A DNA stretch of 36,947 nucleotides, from positions 1 through 36,947 of IMG/VR virus record IMGVR_UViG_3300012346_000313; one strand, given 5' to 3'. The translations under genes were made by a program, and so were the position numbers. The stretch's first letter is position 1, and the number at the start of each line of letters is the position of its first letter. Below the pieces are notes generated by a model, which had not been told where the DNA came from, made no database searches, and saw only the letters and a program-made list of their open reading frames with translations. This document shows positions 18,386-27,157 of the stretch, piece by piece. The stretch is from a virus. Its lineage: Duplodnaviria > Caudoviricetes.

Positions 18386-21144
18386 AAAGACTAATTTTAA
18401 TTTTATTATTGATTCCGCCTTTTGTTTTTAGCCAGACAACTACGTTTAAAAACATAAAAGCCGATACCATAAAAGCAAAAGGCACCAGGCTATATATGGA
18501 AGATACGACAGTATTCGGAACTCGTACACTGACCGGAAAACAGATTTTAAATGTTGACGGGGCTGTTAAAATAGGAGCGAGCGCAAAAATGACACCCGGA
18601 ACAATACAATATAAAAGCGGTTATTTTTGGGGGTATGGTTTATCGGATTCAACTCGTTTGGATTCACTTGGCGGAGCAAGTAGTTATCTTCGCAACGTAA
18701 AAGACTACGGAGCCACAGGCGACGGATCAACAGATGATTCCGATGCTATTCAGGCTTGCTTTGATGTAGGTAGTGGATATATTACAATAGGTGAAAGCAT
18801 TGCAGACACTTTTATTTTGAATAAATCTATTGAATATACAGGCGACAACTTGACTATCGAAATAAATGGAGTTGTTAAAATGATTCAATCCGATACCGTA
18901 TTGTTAAAAGCAGATGTTGATAGCTTAGATATGCGGGTTGTGGTAGCCAATGCAGGTAATTACTTTGAGGTAGGTCAACGTATTTCTGTATCTGATGACA
19001 ATATGGAGGAGGAGGCTTTAGGCAATGAAACAGAGGCAAGTTTTACTTATCGAAGAGCTGACCCTGCTAAGATTACAGCTATTGATACCGATACTATATT
19101 TTTAAACGATACCTTAAAGCATGATCTAAAGGTTGTGGACAATGCGATAATAGGATTAACACAACCTAACTTCATAATTAAGGGTAGAAATATTTCATTT
19201 TGCGGCAATGGTGTAGTTGATAACAACTGGAATGATAGCAGTTTTATGGTTTATCCTGTCAGGGTTCCAACAGATTTGGGGGACGGGGTTTTAACAAATT
19301 GTGTTATTTTCGGAAATAGGAATGATGAAACCTACTACGGCAATATATCATTTAGAGATTTGACATTTCAAAATGGTCATGTCGGGGGTATTTATATGTA
19401 CTATCCTGATACTGTTTCTTTCGATAATGTTAAATTTAACAATCACCTTGAAAAAGCGACATCATTCAGGTATGGGTTACATTTAAAATTCAATAATTGT
19501 ACATTTGATAATGTTCGCTATAATGACGGAATTGGACTTTATCTTGGTTGTGATAATACAGTAATTGACGGATGCAGGTTTACAGATTGTAACCGATCAG
19601 GAGTTAATGTTAATGCAACAGCCGACAGTGTAATAGTAAGAAATTCAGAGTTTATTGATTGCGGTAGAAGTGTGTGGGTTGTTGGTACGGCAGTAGATAG
19701 ACCTCACATGACACGAATGGAAAATTTAAGAGTAACCAATGTAAGGCAATTCATTGATAACGGCAGAAGTTATGGAATTTACTTATACTACGCAAACGAA
19801 GCAGTTGTTGATAATGTAATAGTTACAGGTAATACAGTAGCAGAGGGTGGTATTTTAATAGCCGGGCATAGTGAAAACATTACTATCAGAAATTCAACTA
19901 TTAGGGATTTTAACTATGTTTCCAATGGAGTTGGTATTTATATTCTTAATGTGACAACAGATGTACCTGATTCTATAAGGATTGAAAACACCCAAATTTT
20001 AAATAATAGATTACCTTTTAATGTAGCTACGGCAACTAATATCGAAGTAATTAATTGCGGATTCGATGGAAATACATTTGCACCCGATGGCAATTCAGAG
20101 ATAAACTATACAGGAAGCACAGGACTTGCAAACACTCCATTTGTTACAGATTCAACCGGAACGGTAACGCTCCCGGCAGTAGATTACGGAGTTTTTAATT
20201 ATGCTTCATTTGATTATATAGTTTTAAATCCGCAAGCAAGCCCGCCACCAGCCGCAAAAGGAACGATGTACACTAATAGCAATGGACTTCTTTTTCATCA
20301 TAACGGGCTGTATTATGACACACTAAGCCGTGATTTAAGCGACCCGTTTATGAGTGACGAAATGTGGGCTATCTATTCAGAATTTGACACCCGCCCAACC
20401 TATGAGGCTTCGTGGGGTATGGATACGCTACTTTATACTTTAGATACTGCGGGAATATGGGGACGGTTAGATTGCTTTTATCTTTTTGCAAACGCTTCAA
20501 GTGCAAACGCTATTGTGAACTGGAAAGACCCAACCGGAACAGATGCGACACTTTCAGCAACACCACCTACATTTACAGCTTATAAAGGATTTCAGGGTAA
20601 TGGCAATTCGAGTGCGGTTGGTACAATGTATATAAATACAAACTTTAATCCTAATACAGCAACACATTACCAAAAAGATAGTTGTGCGATTGGTATTGCT
20701 ATACAGACTAATTTAACTCAGGCTGTTTCAGGAAACTGTTTTGGATGTACAGATTCAACAGCATGGGTGCGGCTTATAAACAGAAACACAAGCAACCAGA
20801 CAACAGCGTCATGTAATAGCACAAACAACGCTCAGGTAGTTAGCAGTATAACTGATGGAGCAGGTTATTTTTCATTTGCGAGGATAGCAACGGCGACTTA
20901 CTACATTTACAATGACAAGTCTTCAACTACGGCGACAAGGAATAGTGTCGCTGACCCCAACGCTAATTTATATTTGTTGGCATTTAATACAGATGGACCA
21001 GCTTCAGCCGCCGCAACTACGCTTTATGATTCCGACCAGATAAGTTGTTTTTGGGCGGGAAGTTACATGAGTGCTGCACAAATTACGATAATAGTTGATG
21101 CGATTGAAAGATATTTAGATGCTGTTGGTTATGGACTTTTATAA
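18382..21144 (+). CDS. Tailspike-like right-handed beta-helix protein with Sec signal peptide and probable C-terminal lectin-like domain
   Basis: MKRLILILLLIPPFVFS|Q; NVKDYGATGDGSTDDSDAIQ (Pectate_lyase_3-like cap); Asn/Gly/Ile beta-helix repeats. Confidence 0.8.
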   Translation: MKRLILILLLIPPFVFSQTTTFKNIKADTIKAKGTRLYMEDTTVFGTRTLTGKQILNVDGAVKIGASAKMTPGTIQYKSGYFWGYGLSDSTRLDSLGGASSYLRNVKDYGATGDGSTDDSDAIQACFDVGSGYITIGESIADTFILNKSIEYTGDNLTIEINGVVKMIQSDTVLLKADVDSLDMRVVVANAGNYFEVGQRISVSDDNMEEEALGNETEASFTYRRADPAKITAIDTDTIFLNDTLKHDLKVVDNAIIGLTQPNFIIKGRNISFCGNGVVDNNWNDSSFMVYPVRVPTDLGDGVLTNCVIFGNRNDETYYGNISFRDLTFQNGHVGGIYMYYPDTVSFDNVKFNNHLEKATSFRYGLHLKFNNCTFDNVRYNDGIGLYLGCDNTVIDGCRFTDCNRSGVNVNATADSVIVRNSEFIDCGRSVWVVGTAVDRPHMTRMENLRVTNVRQFIDNGRSYGIYLYYANEAVVDNVIVTGNTVAEGGILIAGHSENITIRNSTIRDFNYVSNGVGIYILNVTTDVPDSIRIENTQILNNRLPFNVATATNIEVINCGFDGNTFAPDGNSEINYTGSTGLANTPFVTDSTGTVTLPAVDYGVFNYASFDYIVLNPQASPPPAAKGTMYTNSNGLLFHHNGLYYDTLSRDLSDPFMSDEMWAIYSEFDTRPTYEASWGMDTLLYTLDTAGIWGRLDCFYLFANASSANAIVNWKDPTGTDATLSATPPTFTAYKGFQGNGNSSAVGTMYINTNFNPNTATHYQKDSCAIGIAIQTNLTQAVSGNCFGCTDSTAWVRLINRNTSNQTTASCNSTNNAQVVSSITDGAGYFSFARIATATYYIYNDKSSTTATRNSVADPNANLYLLAFNTDGPASAAATTLYDSDQISCFWAGSYMSAAQITIIVDAIERYLDAVGYGLL

Positions 21145-21153
21145 TTATAAACT

Positions 21154-23355
21154 ATGAAAAAAACAATATTATTTTTATTTTTAGCCATGTCGCTTGTTTC
21201 ATATTCACAAACAAGAGGGCATTTCACTAAGGGATTAAATATAGAAGGTGGTAAGACATTTTTAAATGATGATGTATATATTGATAGTGCATTAATGGTA
21301 GGACAATCCATAACATCAGCTTTCATAATTGCTACAGAAGGACTTAGTAAGGGTGGCGATAGTTTACCAGAGTTTGCGGATACACTTAACAAGTTAGCGA
21401 CAAAATATGATGTGGCAAATCAATTAGTTGTTTCTGTCTTCTTTCCAACTACATTAACGGTTGCAACGGGAACGTTAGAGGCGGGTGTGGTAGGTGATCT
21501 CAATAACCTATATAATGATTCGATAACAATAGAGGAAGCATCTGGAGCAGACCCACTACGATTTACTTTAACATTTACAGATGTTGGTGATTTTGACAAG
21601 ATCGTGTTTTATGGTAAATATAGTGGAACAGCATCACATACCATTGCTATTGAAATGTATAATTATACACTGACAAGGTTTGATACTCTTTATACTATTA
21701 CAGATCAAGGATTAATGACGTGGACTGGTGTACCCGTATTTGATCCCAATAGTTATGTTAGCGCTGGTACTGCCGTGATTAAGTTTAAGCATAATCAATC
21801 TGGTAATACCTCTCACCATTATTATTTGGATTATATTTATTTAAGTAAGGGTGGAGCTGTATCTGGTGGTGCATCTGTACATAGTGGATTAGGTGGTGTG
21901 TTGGGTAGTGGTGAATATCATTTATCCGAAGCCGAGCAGATAGTTGCAACACAGGCAGCTACAACATCTTTAGATGGATACTTGACTGATACGGATTGGG
22001 ATACGTTTAATAATAAAGAAAATGCGCTTACATTTACAAGTCCTATAAATAGAGCTACGAATACTATTTCTTTGACTGGATTAACGGGATTTGGTACGTC
22101 GGGTCAGGTTATTGCTACCAATGCCACAACAAATGGTTTGGAATGGAAAGATGCGGGAGGTACGGCAGCAGATATAAGTGTTACAGATGAGTCCGGAGAA
22201 TTAGCCAGCTTTCCATTATTTGTAACAGCAGCAACAGGTGCTTTGGACGTTAAAACAAATGCAGGTTTAACATTTTTTCCAGCAACATCTAATCTTGGAG
22301 CAACTTTATTTACCGCAAATACAGCTTTTATTCCAGATGCTAATAATGGTGCAACATTGGGTGTAGCCGCTACTGGTGAATTTTCAGATATATTTATAGC
22401 TGATGGTGCTGTTATTAACTGGAATAATGGAGATGCCCTGCTTTATCAGGATAATGACACATTGTATGTATATGGTGCTGATTTCGATATTGGAGTAGGT
22501 AGTTTAAAAACAACAGGGTCTATTGCGTCAACTACGGATAGGGTGTTAAAGGGGTGGTTTACGGATATTGAGAGTACGAATTTACCCACAGTTAATGGTG
22601 GGTCATTAAAAACTGCGCTGGGCTTAACCGCTACCGATGTCGGGCTTGGTAATGTAACTAATGAATCAAAGGCGACTATGTTTACATCGCCAACATTTAC
22701 GGGTACTCCGGTATTGGGAGCTGCCACAGGAACAAGTCTTGATGTTAGTGGTGTATTGGAATCTGGTGCAAATAGTGGCACAAATGGACAGCTTAAATTA
22801 TATGGCTCAACCAGTGGCGATGTGACCATTAAGGCAGCAGCAGCGGCAGGTACGGCAACAGTGTTTCAATTACCAGCTACCAATGGATCAAATACAAATG
22901 TTTTACAGACCGATGGCACAGGAGTTACGTCATGGGTTGCTGCTGGCACTGTTGCGGAAAAGAGTTATGCCCTTACATTTGGTGCTTCAAGCCAATCAAC
23001 CACAACTGATGCTCAAACAATGTATTGGGGTAACATGCTTGTTGCACCATCGACAACAGCAAACCGCTGGCGGATTTATATTCCAAAAACAGGAACTATA
23101 AAAGCCTGTTATATTTATTCTTATGCGGGTACGGCAGGAACAAGTGAAAACTGGTCAATGTATATCAGAGTAAATAATACAACAGATAATTTAGTTCAAA
23201 CTTTGGGAGCAGCGACTAGTGACAGGATTTGGAGTAGTACGGGCTTGAGCATTGCAGTCACAGCTGGTAATTATATTGAAATTAAAGAAGTTCAACCAAC
23301 ATGGGCTACTAACCCGGCGACGGTAACAAGAAACGGAGTAATTTATATCGAATGA
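21154..23355 (+). CDS. Tail fibre-like protein with Sec signal peptide
   Basis: MKKTILFLFLAMSLVSYS|Q; Thr/Gly-rich; fibre motifs DVGLGNVTN, SPTFTGTP, VLQTDGTGVTSW. Confidence 0.78.
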   Translation: MKKTILFLFLAMSLVSYSQTRGHFTKGLNIEGGKTFLNDDVYIDSALMVGQSITSAFIIATEGLSKGGDSLPEFADTLNKLATKYDVANQLVVSVFFPTTLTVATGTLEAGVVGDLNNLYNDSITIEEASGADPLRFTLTFTDVGDFDKIVFYGKYSGTASHTIAIEMYNYTLTRFDTLYTITDQGLMTWTGVPVFDPNSYVSAGTAVIKFKHNQSGNTSHHYYLDYIYLSKGGAVSGGASVHSGLGGVLGSGEYHLSEAEQIVATQAATTSLDGYLTDTDWDTFNNKENALTFTSPINRATNTISLTGLTGFGTSGQVIATNATTNGLEWKDAGGTAADISVTDESGELASFPLFVTAATGALDVKTNAGLTFFPATSNLGATLFTANTAFIPDANNGATLGVAATGEFSDIFIADGAVINWNNGDALLYQDNDTLYVYGADFDIGVGSLKTTGSIASTTDRVLKGWFTDIESTNLPTVNGGSLKTALGLTATDVGLGNVTNESKATMFTSPTFTGTPVLGAATGTSLDVSGVLESGANSGTNGQLKLYGSTSGDVTIKAAAAAGTATVFQLPATNGSNTNVLQTDGTGVTSWVAAGTVAEKSYALTFGASSQSTTTDAQTMYWGNMLVAPSTTANRWRIYIPKTGTIKACYIYSYAGTAGTSENWSMYIRVNNTTDNLVQTLGAATSDRIWSSTGLSIAVTAGNYIEIKEVQPTWATNPATVTRNGVIYIE

Positions 23356-24143
23356 AAGAGATAGCGATTGTTTTAGGTTTAGGATTCCTTTTCACAGGAG
23401 CGTGGAAATGGGGTGAATCGAAATGGATAAGGATTTTTCAAGTTCTTCAGCTTTACAAACAAAAGGTTGATTCTTCATTTAGTAAAGAGATAGCCGAAAA
23501 GTACAATTATCAATATCATGAAGCGGTAATGGCACGAAAGAGCCGGCATAAGATGACCGGATTTATGATTGCTTTATTTGCTGTTTTTAGTTATTCATTT
23601 TTGGGTTTGACATGGACGGGCTTTTGGTGCTTTCTAATCAACTGGACGTTGTTTTGGGTAGGTGACATCCTTTTGAATGTTTTCATCAAGCAGAAGGCTT
23701 TATATCGAGGCACAACAGCAATCATGGATAAGATACCTTTTTTGGTTCGGTTTGTTTTGATTTTGGTATTCATTGCCGGGTTGGTTTTCCTTTCAGGTTG
23801 TTCAGTACCTACGGAAAATAAAATACCTATTGATGAATTAAAAAGTACGTCGGCAATGGAATCAAATTTCTTTTTATTTCGGATTCCTGCCAGTGACCCT
23901 GAAAACGATGTTTTGAAATACCAGATAATTTCACAGCCTTACAGGGGTATGTTTACGGTTAATTCAGTGGGTGATTTTATGATTTCACAGCGCGGATTAA
24001 ATCAACTTAAAGATATTGTTCGTAAAAAAATAGAAGTCATTGTTGAGGTAAGTGATGGCAAACTATCAACAAGAGGGAAATTTGTTTTCGAGGTTGAAAA
24101 GTCGCCGGACGGCAAACACTATTTAAAAACAGGAATAGTTTGA
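23352..24143 (+). CDS. Multi-pass membrane protein with C-terminal cadherin/Ig-like domain
   Basis: Several TM segments, internal LVFLSG-C lipobox-like motif, then ASDPENDVLKYQII...VEVSDG. Confidence 0.6.
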   Translation: MKEIAIVLGLGFLFTGAWKWGESKWIRIFQVLQLYKQKVDSSFSKEIAEKYNYQYHEAVMARKSRHKMTGFMIALFAVFSYSFLGLTWTGFWCFLINWTLFWVGDILLNVFIKQKALYRGTTAIMDKIPFLVRFVLILVFIAGLVFLSGCSVPTENKIPIDELKSTSAMESNFFLFRIPASDPENDVLKYQIISQPYRGMFTVNSVGDFMISQRGLNQLKDIVRKKIEVIVEVSDGKLSTRGKFVFEVEKSPDGKHYLKTGIV

Positions 24144-24286
24144 ATAAAAAGTTTACACCGGATGAGGTAAAAATGATTTTTAGATTTTTAAAAGAAGGTA
24201 AAACATACAGGCAATTAGCCTGGATATTTGACCGGCAGGAAGACACAATCAGGGCAAAGATTAAAACGTTAAAAACAGTTGGATAA
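24140..24286 (+). CDS. Small HTH protein (48 aa, not in ORF track)
   Basis: TTG start overlapping the previous stop; FTPDEVKMIFRFLKEGKTYRQLAWIFDRQEDTIRAKI. Confidence 0.55.
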   Translation: MNKKFTPDEVKMIFRFLKEGKTYRQLAWIFDRQEDTIRAKIKTLKTVG

Positions 24287-24518
24287 AAGATTTTCGATAA
24301 TAGGGTTTGGTATTACGGGCACGTTATTCATTGCAACGGTTATCGGGTGGGCTTATGATTCCGGTAGGAAAAGCAGCCGGATTGATTCACTTAAAAGCGA
24401 GATCGAAGTTTTGAAAAAAGATAATTGCGACGTGAAGGAATTTATTAAACAACAATCAGAATTAAATGGTAAAATGTTTTTTGTTATTGATAAGCTTAGT
24501 TTTCATTTATCCGATTGA
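24279..24518 (+). CDS. Single-TM coiled-coil protein
   Basis: N-terminal TM followed by heptad-like segment. Confidence 0.55.
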   Translation: MDKRFSIIGFGITGTLFIATVIGWAYDSGRKSSRIDSLKSEIEVLKKDNCDVKEFIKQQSELNGKMFFVIDKLSFHLSD

Positions 24519-24636
24519 TCAGGATACAACGAAAACGGATACTTTGAAGCTGAAAAAGTTTAACATTTATCAGGTGGAATTGAATTATAAAATGGATTCA
24601 TTAATATTGAAATTAGACACTTTAAAAACGAAATGA
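24466..24636 (+). CDS. Small exported/membrane peptide (56 aa, not in ORF track)
   Basis: MVKCFLLLISLVFIYPIDQDTTKTDTLK... fills the gap up to ATG 24638. Confidence 0.45.
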   Translation: MVKCFLLLISLVFIYPIDQDTTKTDTLKLKKFNIYQVELNYKMDSLILKLDTLKTK

Positions 24637-24637
24637 A

Positions 24638-24967
24638 ATGAAAAAAGCTAAAGACATTTTTATGTATGCACTTGGTGCAATCGTAGTGATCGGAGTTTTG
24701 TCACTTATTACATTGGTTATCCTTTACCGTCCTGAAATGAATGACGTGATTAATATTTCCGTTGGTGCGCTGTTGGCTGCCTTTGGTTCGGTAGTGGGTT
24801 ACTTTTACGGGAGTTCAAAAGGTTCAAGTGACAAAAACCAGCTACTTTTGGGAGCTGCTCCGCCTGTGTACGGATGTATGAACAAAGGGGCTTTGAATTA
24901 CAACCCGGACGCAACTATGGACGACGGAAGTTGTATTTTTGCAGCCGAGCCAAAACCAGGTGGATGA
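24638..24967 (+). CDS. Holin-like 2-TM protein with C-terminal GCxxxxAxNYNPxAxxDDGSC motif
   Basis: Two TMs; VVGYFYGSSKGSSDKN; YGCMNKGALNYNPDATMDDGSC. Confidence 0.6.
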   Translation: MKKAKDIFMYALGAIVVIGVLSLITLVILYRPEMNDVINISVGALLAAFGSVVGYFYGSSKGSSDKNQLLLGAAPPVYGCMNKGALNYNPDATMDDGSCIFAAEPKPGG

Positions 24968-25191
24968 TGGCAGAGGTTGACTGGAAAAAGTACGTTGATA
25001 TGCGGTTTTGTGAGCTGCAAAAGAGGATAGATATAACTTTTAACTCACACGAAAAAGCATTGATCTTGGCTGCTCAGGAGGAGGTTGATAAGCGGATAGC
25101 ACGGCAGCGTTCTAATTTGATTGTGGTAGGGTTTGTGATTGCAATGGTTGCTGGTATTTTAGGCGGAATTGTCGGACATATACTAAAATAA
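24964..25191 (+). CDS. Small protein with C-terminal TM
   Basis: ATG 24964 overlaps the upstream stop; hydrophobic C-terminus. Confidence 0.55.
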   Translation: MMAEVDWKKYVDMRFCELQKRIDITFNSHEKALILAAQEEVDKRIARQRSNLIVVGFVIAMVAGILGGIVGHILK

Positions 25192-25194
25192 TTA

Positions 25195-25542
25195 ATGTGC
25201 AAATATATGACTAAACAGGATGTATTAACAGGTTACCACGTCAAGATAATGATTTGGTTTTTATCAACTCTTTTTTTAATCGGGAGCGGTTTAATAGTAT
25301 ATATTTGGCAGGATCAGAAAGCCGATAACATGGCCAGAATGGATTTAATCCAGAAAACCTTAGACGAAATAATTCAAACTAATACAGCCCAAGATAAAGA
25401 CATTTCAGCAATAAAGGAATGGCAGCGGCTTTGGGAAAAGGCAAAAGAAAAAGGTAACACAAGAGGTGGAAGCCAGACACCCAACCAACTAATAAACTCC
25501 ATTCAATACGTACCTGATGAAGTTCAGGTTGCTGACCGGTGA
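25195..25542 (+). CDS. Single-TM coiled-coil protein
   Basis: TM IMIWFLSTLFLIGSGLIVYIW followed by heptads. Confidence 0.6.
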   Translation: MCKYMTKQDVLTGYHVKIMIWFLSTLFLIGSGLIVYIWQDQKADNMARMDLIQKTLDEIIQTNTAQDKDISAIKEWQRLWEKAKEKGNTRGGSQTPNQLINSIQYVPDEVQVADR

Positions 25543-25569
25543 TCATTTTGCCGACATCGGGAAAATGAT
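25542..25569. repeat. Imperfect palindrome
   Basis: ATCATTTT-g-CCGA-ca-TCGG-g-AAAATGAT. Confidence 0.8.
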
Positions 25570-25585
25570 AATTCTCAAAACTTTT

Positions 25586-25699
25586 CGTGCCAAACTATGA
25601 AAGTTGTCGGTGATATATTCCCACCTTTTCAAGTATATGTATCATCGGTAAAAACTTGCGCAATCCGAAAACCCGATGTATCTTTGTATCGTAAACATT
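25586..25699 (+). promoter_or_regulatory. Promoter module A
   Basis: CGTGCCAAAnTATGAAA-N7-GTGATAT-N23-TATCATCGGT, then TTG (25656)-N20-TATCTTTG (25679)-N4-GTAAACATT. Confidence 0.8.
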
Positions 25700-25715
25700 T
25701 AAAAAACGAGAAAAA

Positions 25716-25883
25716 ATGAAAAATCGAAATTTACCCACCTGTATAAAGTGCGGCAAGGAATTTAAACCAGAGATTCACAGAATATTCCATTGTGAAGAAT
25801 GTTTCAAAGCGAATTTAAAAAAGATAGCTAAAATGCCGCTTGATAAATTTATGAATCTAACTGCTAAATCTATTGGGTTATGA
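25716..25883 (+). CDS. Small zinc-finger protein (55 aa, not in ORF track)
   Basis: CIKC...CEEC; first ORF after module A; ATGA-coupled to the next gene. Confidence 0.65.
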   Translation: MKNRNLPTCIKCGKEFKPEIHRIFHCEECFKANLKKIAKMPLDKFMNLTAKSIGL

Positions 25884-26140
25884 ATAATAAAAATGATGAA
25901 TATTACAATAAAGAGTTTCCAAATTCTTTTAATGATTTTCTTTATTTAGCAAGACCATTTACAGAAGAAGAAATAATGCTTGCAGAAAAAGAGGCATTAA
26001 TTAAATTATGTGTAGTTTTAAAACAAAAAGAACTTGAGTATTATAACGAAAGGAATCAATTAAGAATTAAATACGATGATGTTCTTGATAGATTAACTTC
26101 ACTTGTCGCAAAAATGAATAATTTTAAAAATTCAGATTAG
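25880..26140 (+). CDS. Hypothetical coiled-coil protein
   Basis: 86-aa coupled ORF. Confidence 0.6.
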   Translation: MNNKNDEYYNKEFPNSFNDFLYLARPFTEEEIMLAEKEALIKLCVVLKQKELEYYNERNQLRIKYDDVLDRLTSLVAKMNNFKNSD

Positions 26141-26167
26141 TTTAGATACGTTATAAACTAAACCGTT

Positions 26168-26188
26168 GCCGGACGTAAACCGGCTTTT
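26168..26188 (+). terminator. Possible intrinsic terminator
   Basis: GCCGG-acgtaaa-CCGGC-TTTT. Confidence 0.5.
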
Positions 26189-26215
26189 CATAATACTTAA
26201 TTTTTAGGTTAGATT

Positions 26216-26273
26216 CCAGTCTGGTTCGTTCTTTTCAATATTCTCAAATTTAAACTGCCAGACTGGTTTTTTT
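26216..26273 (+). terminator. Large-loop hairpin with T7 run
   Basis: CCAGTCTGG (26216-26224) / CCAGACTGG (26258-26266) followed by TTTTTTT. Confidence 0.45.
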
Positions 26274-26292
26274 ATTCATTAAAAACAATAAC

Positions 26293-26523
26293 ATGAACTT
26301 TACAAAAAAAGAACTAAAAACCCTCGAAATTGATGTTACTAAAACTGGTTTTACAGTTTGGATAAAAGAACTACATGAAGGTAAAATCAGAAGGCATTGG
26401 CTTCTTGATGGCAGTTGCATAAAAGAAGATGGTATGGTTAGGATTACCAATCCTAATATTTGGAAATTTAATGCTAAATATTTTCCAGTAGAAAACACTA
26501 TTCATTTAATTAAAAACGTGTAA
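26293..26523 (+). CDS. Hypothetical protein
   Basis: 76-aa ORF with A-rich upstream context. Confidence 0.6.
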   Translation: MNFTKKELKTLEIDVTKTGFTVWIKELHEGKIRRHWLLDGSCIKEDGMVRITNPNIWKFNAKYFPVENTIHLIKNV

Positions 26524-26524
26524 C

Positions 26525-27157
26525 ATGAAAAAAATTTTATTAATTTCTTTGGCTATCCTGTTAATTGCAGGGGCTTACGTCGGTGGCTGCTCACGTGGCG
26601 GTTACAAACAAGGGTTAAAAGACGGCAAACTTATCGAGCGGTTGAAACTCGGTAAAGTATGGGATTCGATCCAGTTTGCCGAAACGAAGAAAAAGATGGA
26701 CGGGTTCAAACTTACAAACGACGCTTTACAGCGTGAAATAAGCACGTATAACAAAGCCATTAACGAAACAAGGGTATACTACCAAAAGAAGTACAACGAC
26801 CTTAAAAACATGACCGGAAGGGATATAGACAGCATTTACAGATTATATGCTGGTGATTCTTTGCAAGCGGTTCAAAACTTTGTCAGTTTGGATGAATGTA
26901 AACAGGTTTCACGGATGCAGGACTTGGAAATAAATACTCTAAAGAAAAAAGACCTGAACAGCCAGCAAATAATTAATGATTTATACGCTTCGATTGAAAA
27001 GGATAAAAACGAAACTATTGAACTTCGTGACCAGGTTTCACAGTTAACAACAGATTTAACAGCGACAACGGAAAAGATGAAACGTAGAACTAAGCAAAGA
27101 AACATAACTTGGCTCGGGGTTGGGGTTTTGGTGGCTGGGTTTATTTTATTGCGTTAA
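26525..27157 (+). CDS. Spanin-like protein (signal/lipobox, coiled coil, C-terminal TM)
   Basis: MKKILLISLAILLIAGAYVGG-C; long heptads; WLGVGVLVAGFILLR C-terminus. Confidence 0.6.
   Translation: MKKILLISLAILLIAGAYVGGCSRGGYKQGLKDGKLIERLKLGKVWDSIQFAETKKKMDGFKLTNDALQREISTYNKAINETRVYYQKKYNDLKNMTGRDIDSIYRLYAGDSLQAVQNFVSLDECKQVSRMQDLEINTLKKKDLNSQQIINDLYASIEKDKNETIELRDQVSQLTTDLTATTEKMKRRTKQRNITWLGVGVLVAGFILLR

Noticed and set aside
25570-25594. Leftward sigma54 promoter (TTGGCACG on the minus strand; also at 27688)
   Set aside because: The -24 box is present but neither copy has a TTGC -12 box at the required spacing, and no minus-strand gene follows. Kept only as part of the module.
26131-26200. 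dif-like site or minus-strand minigene
   Set aside because: No XerC/XerD consensus is visible, and the short ORF has no support.
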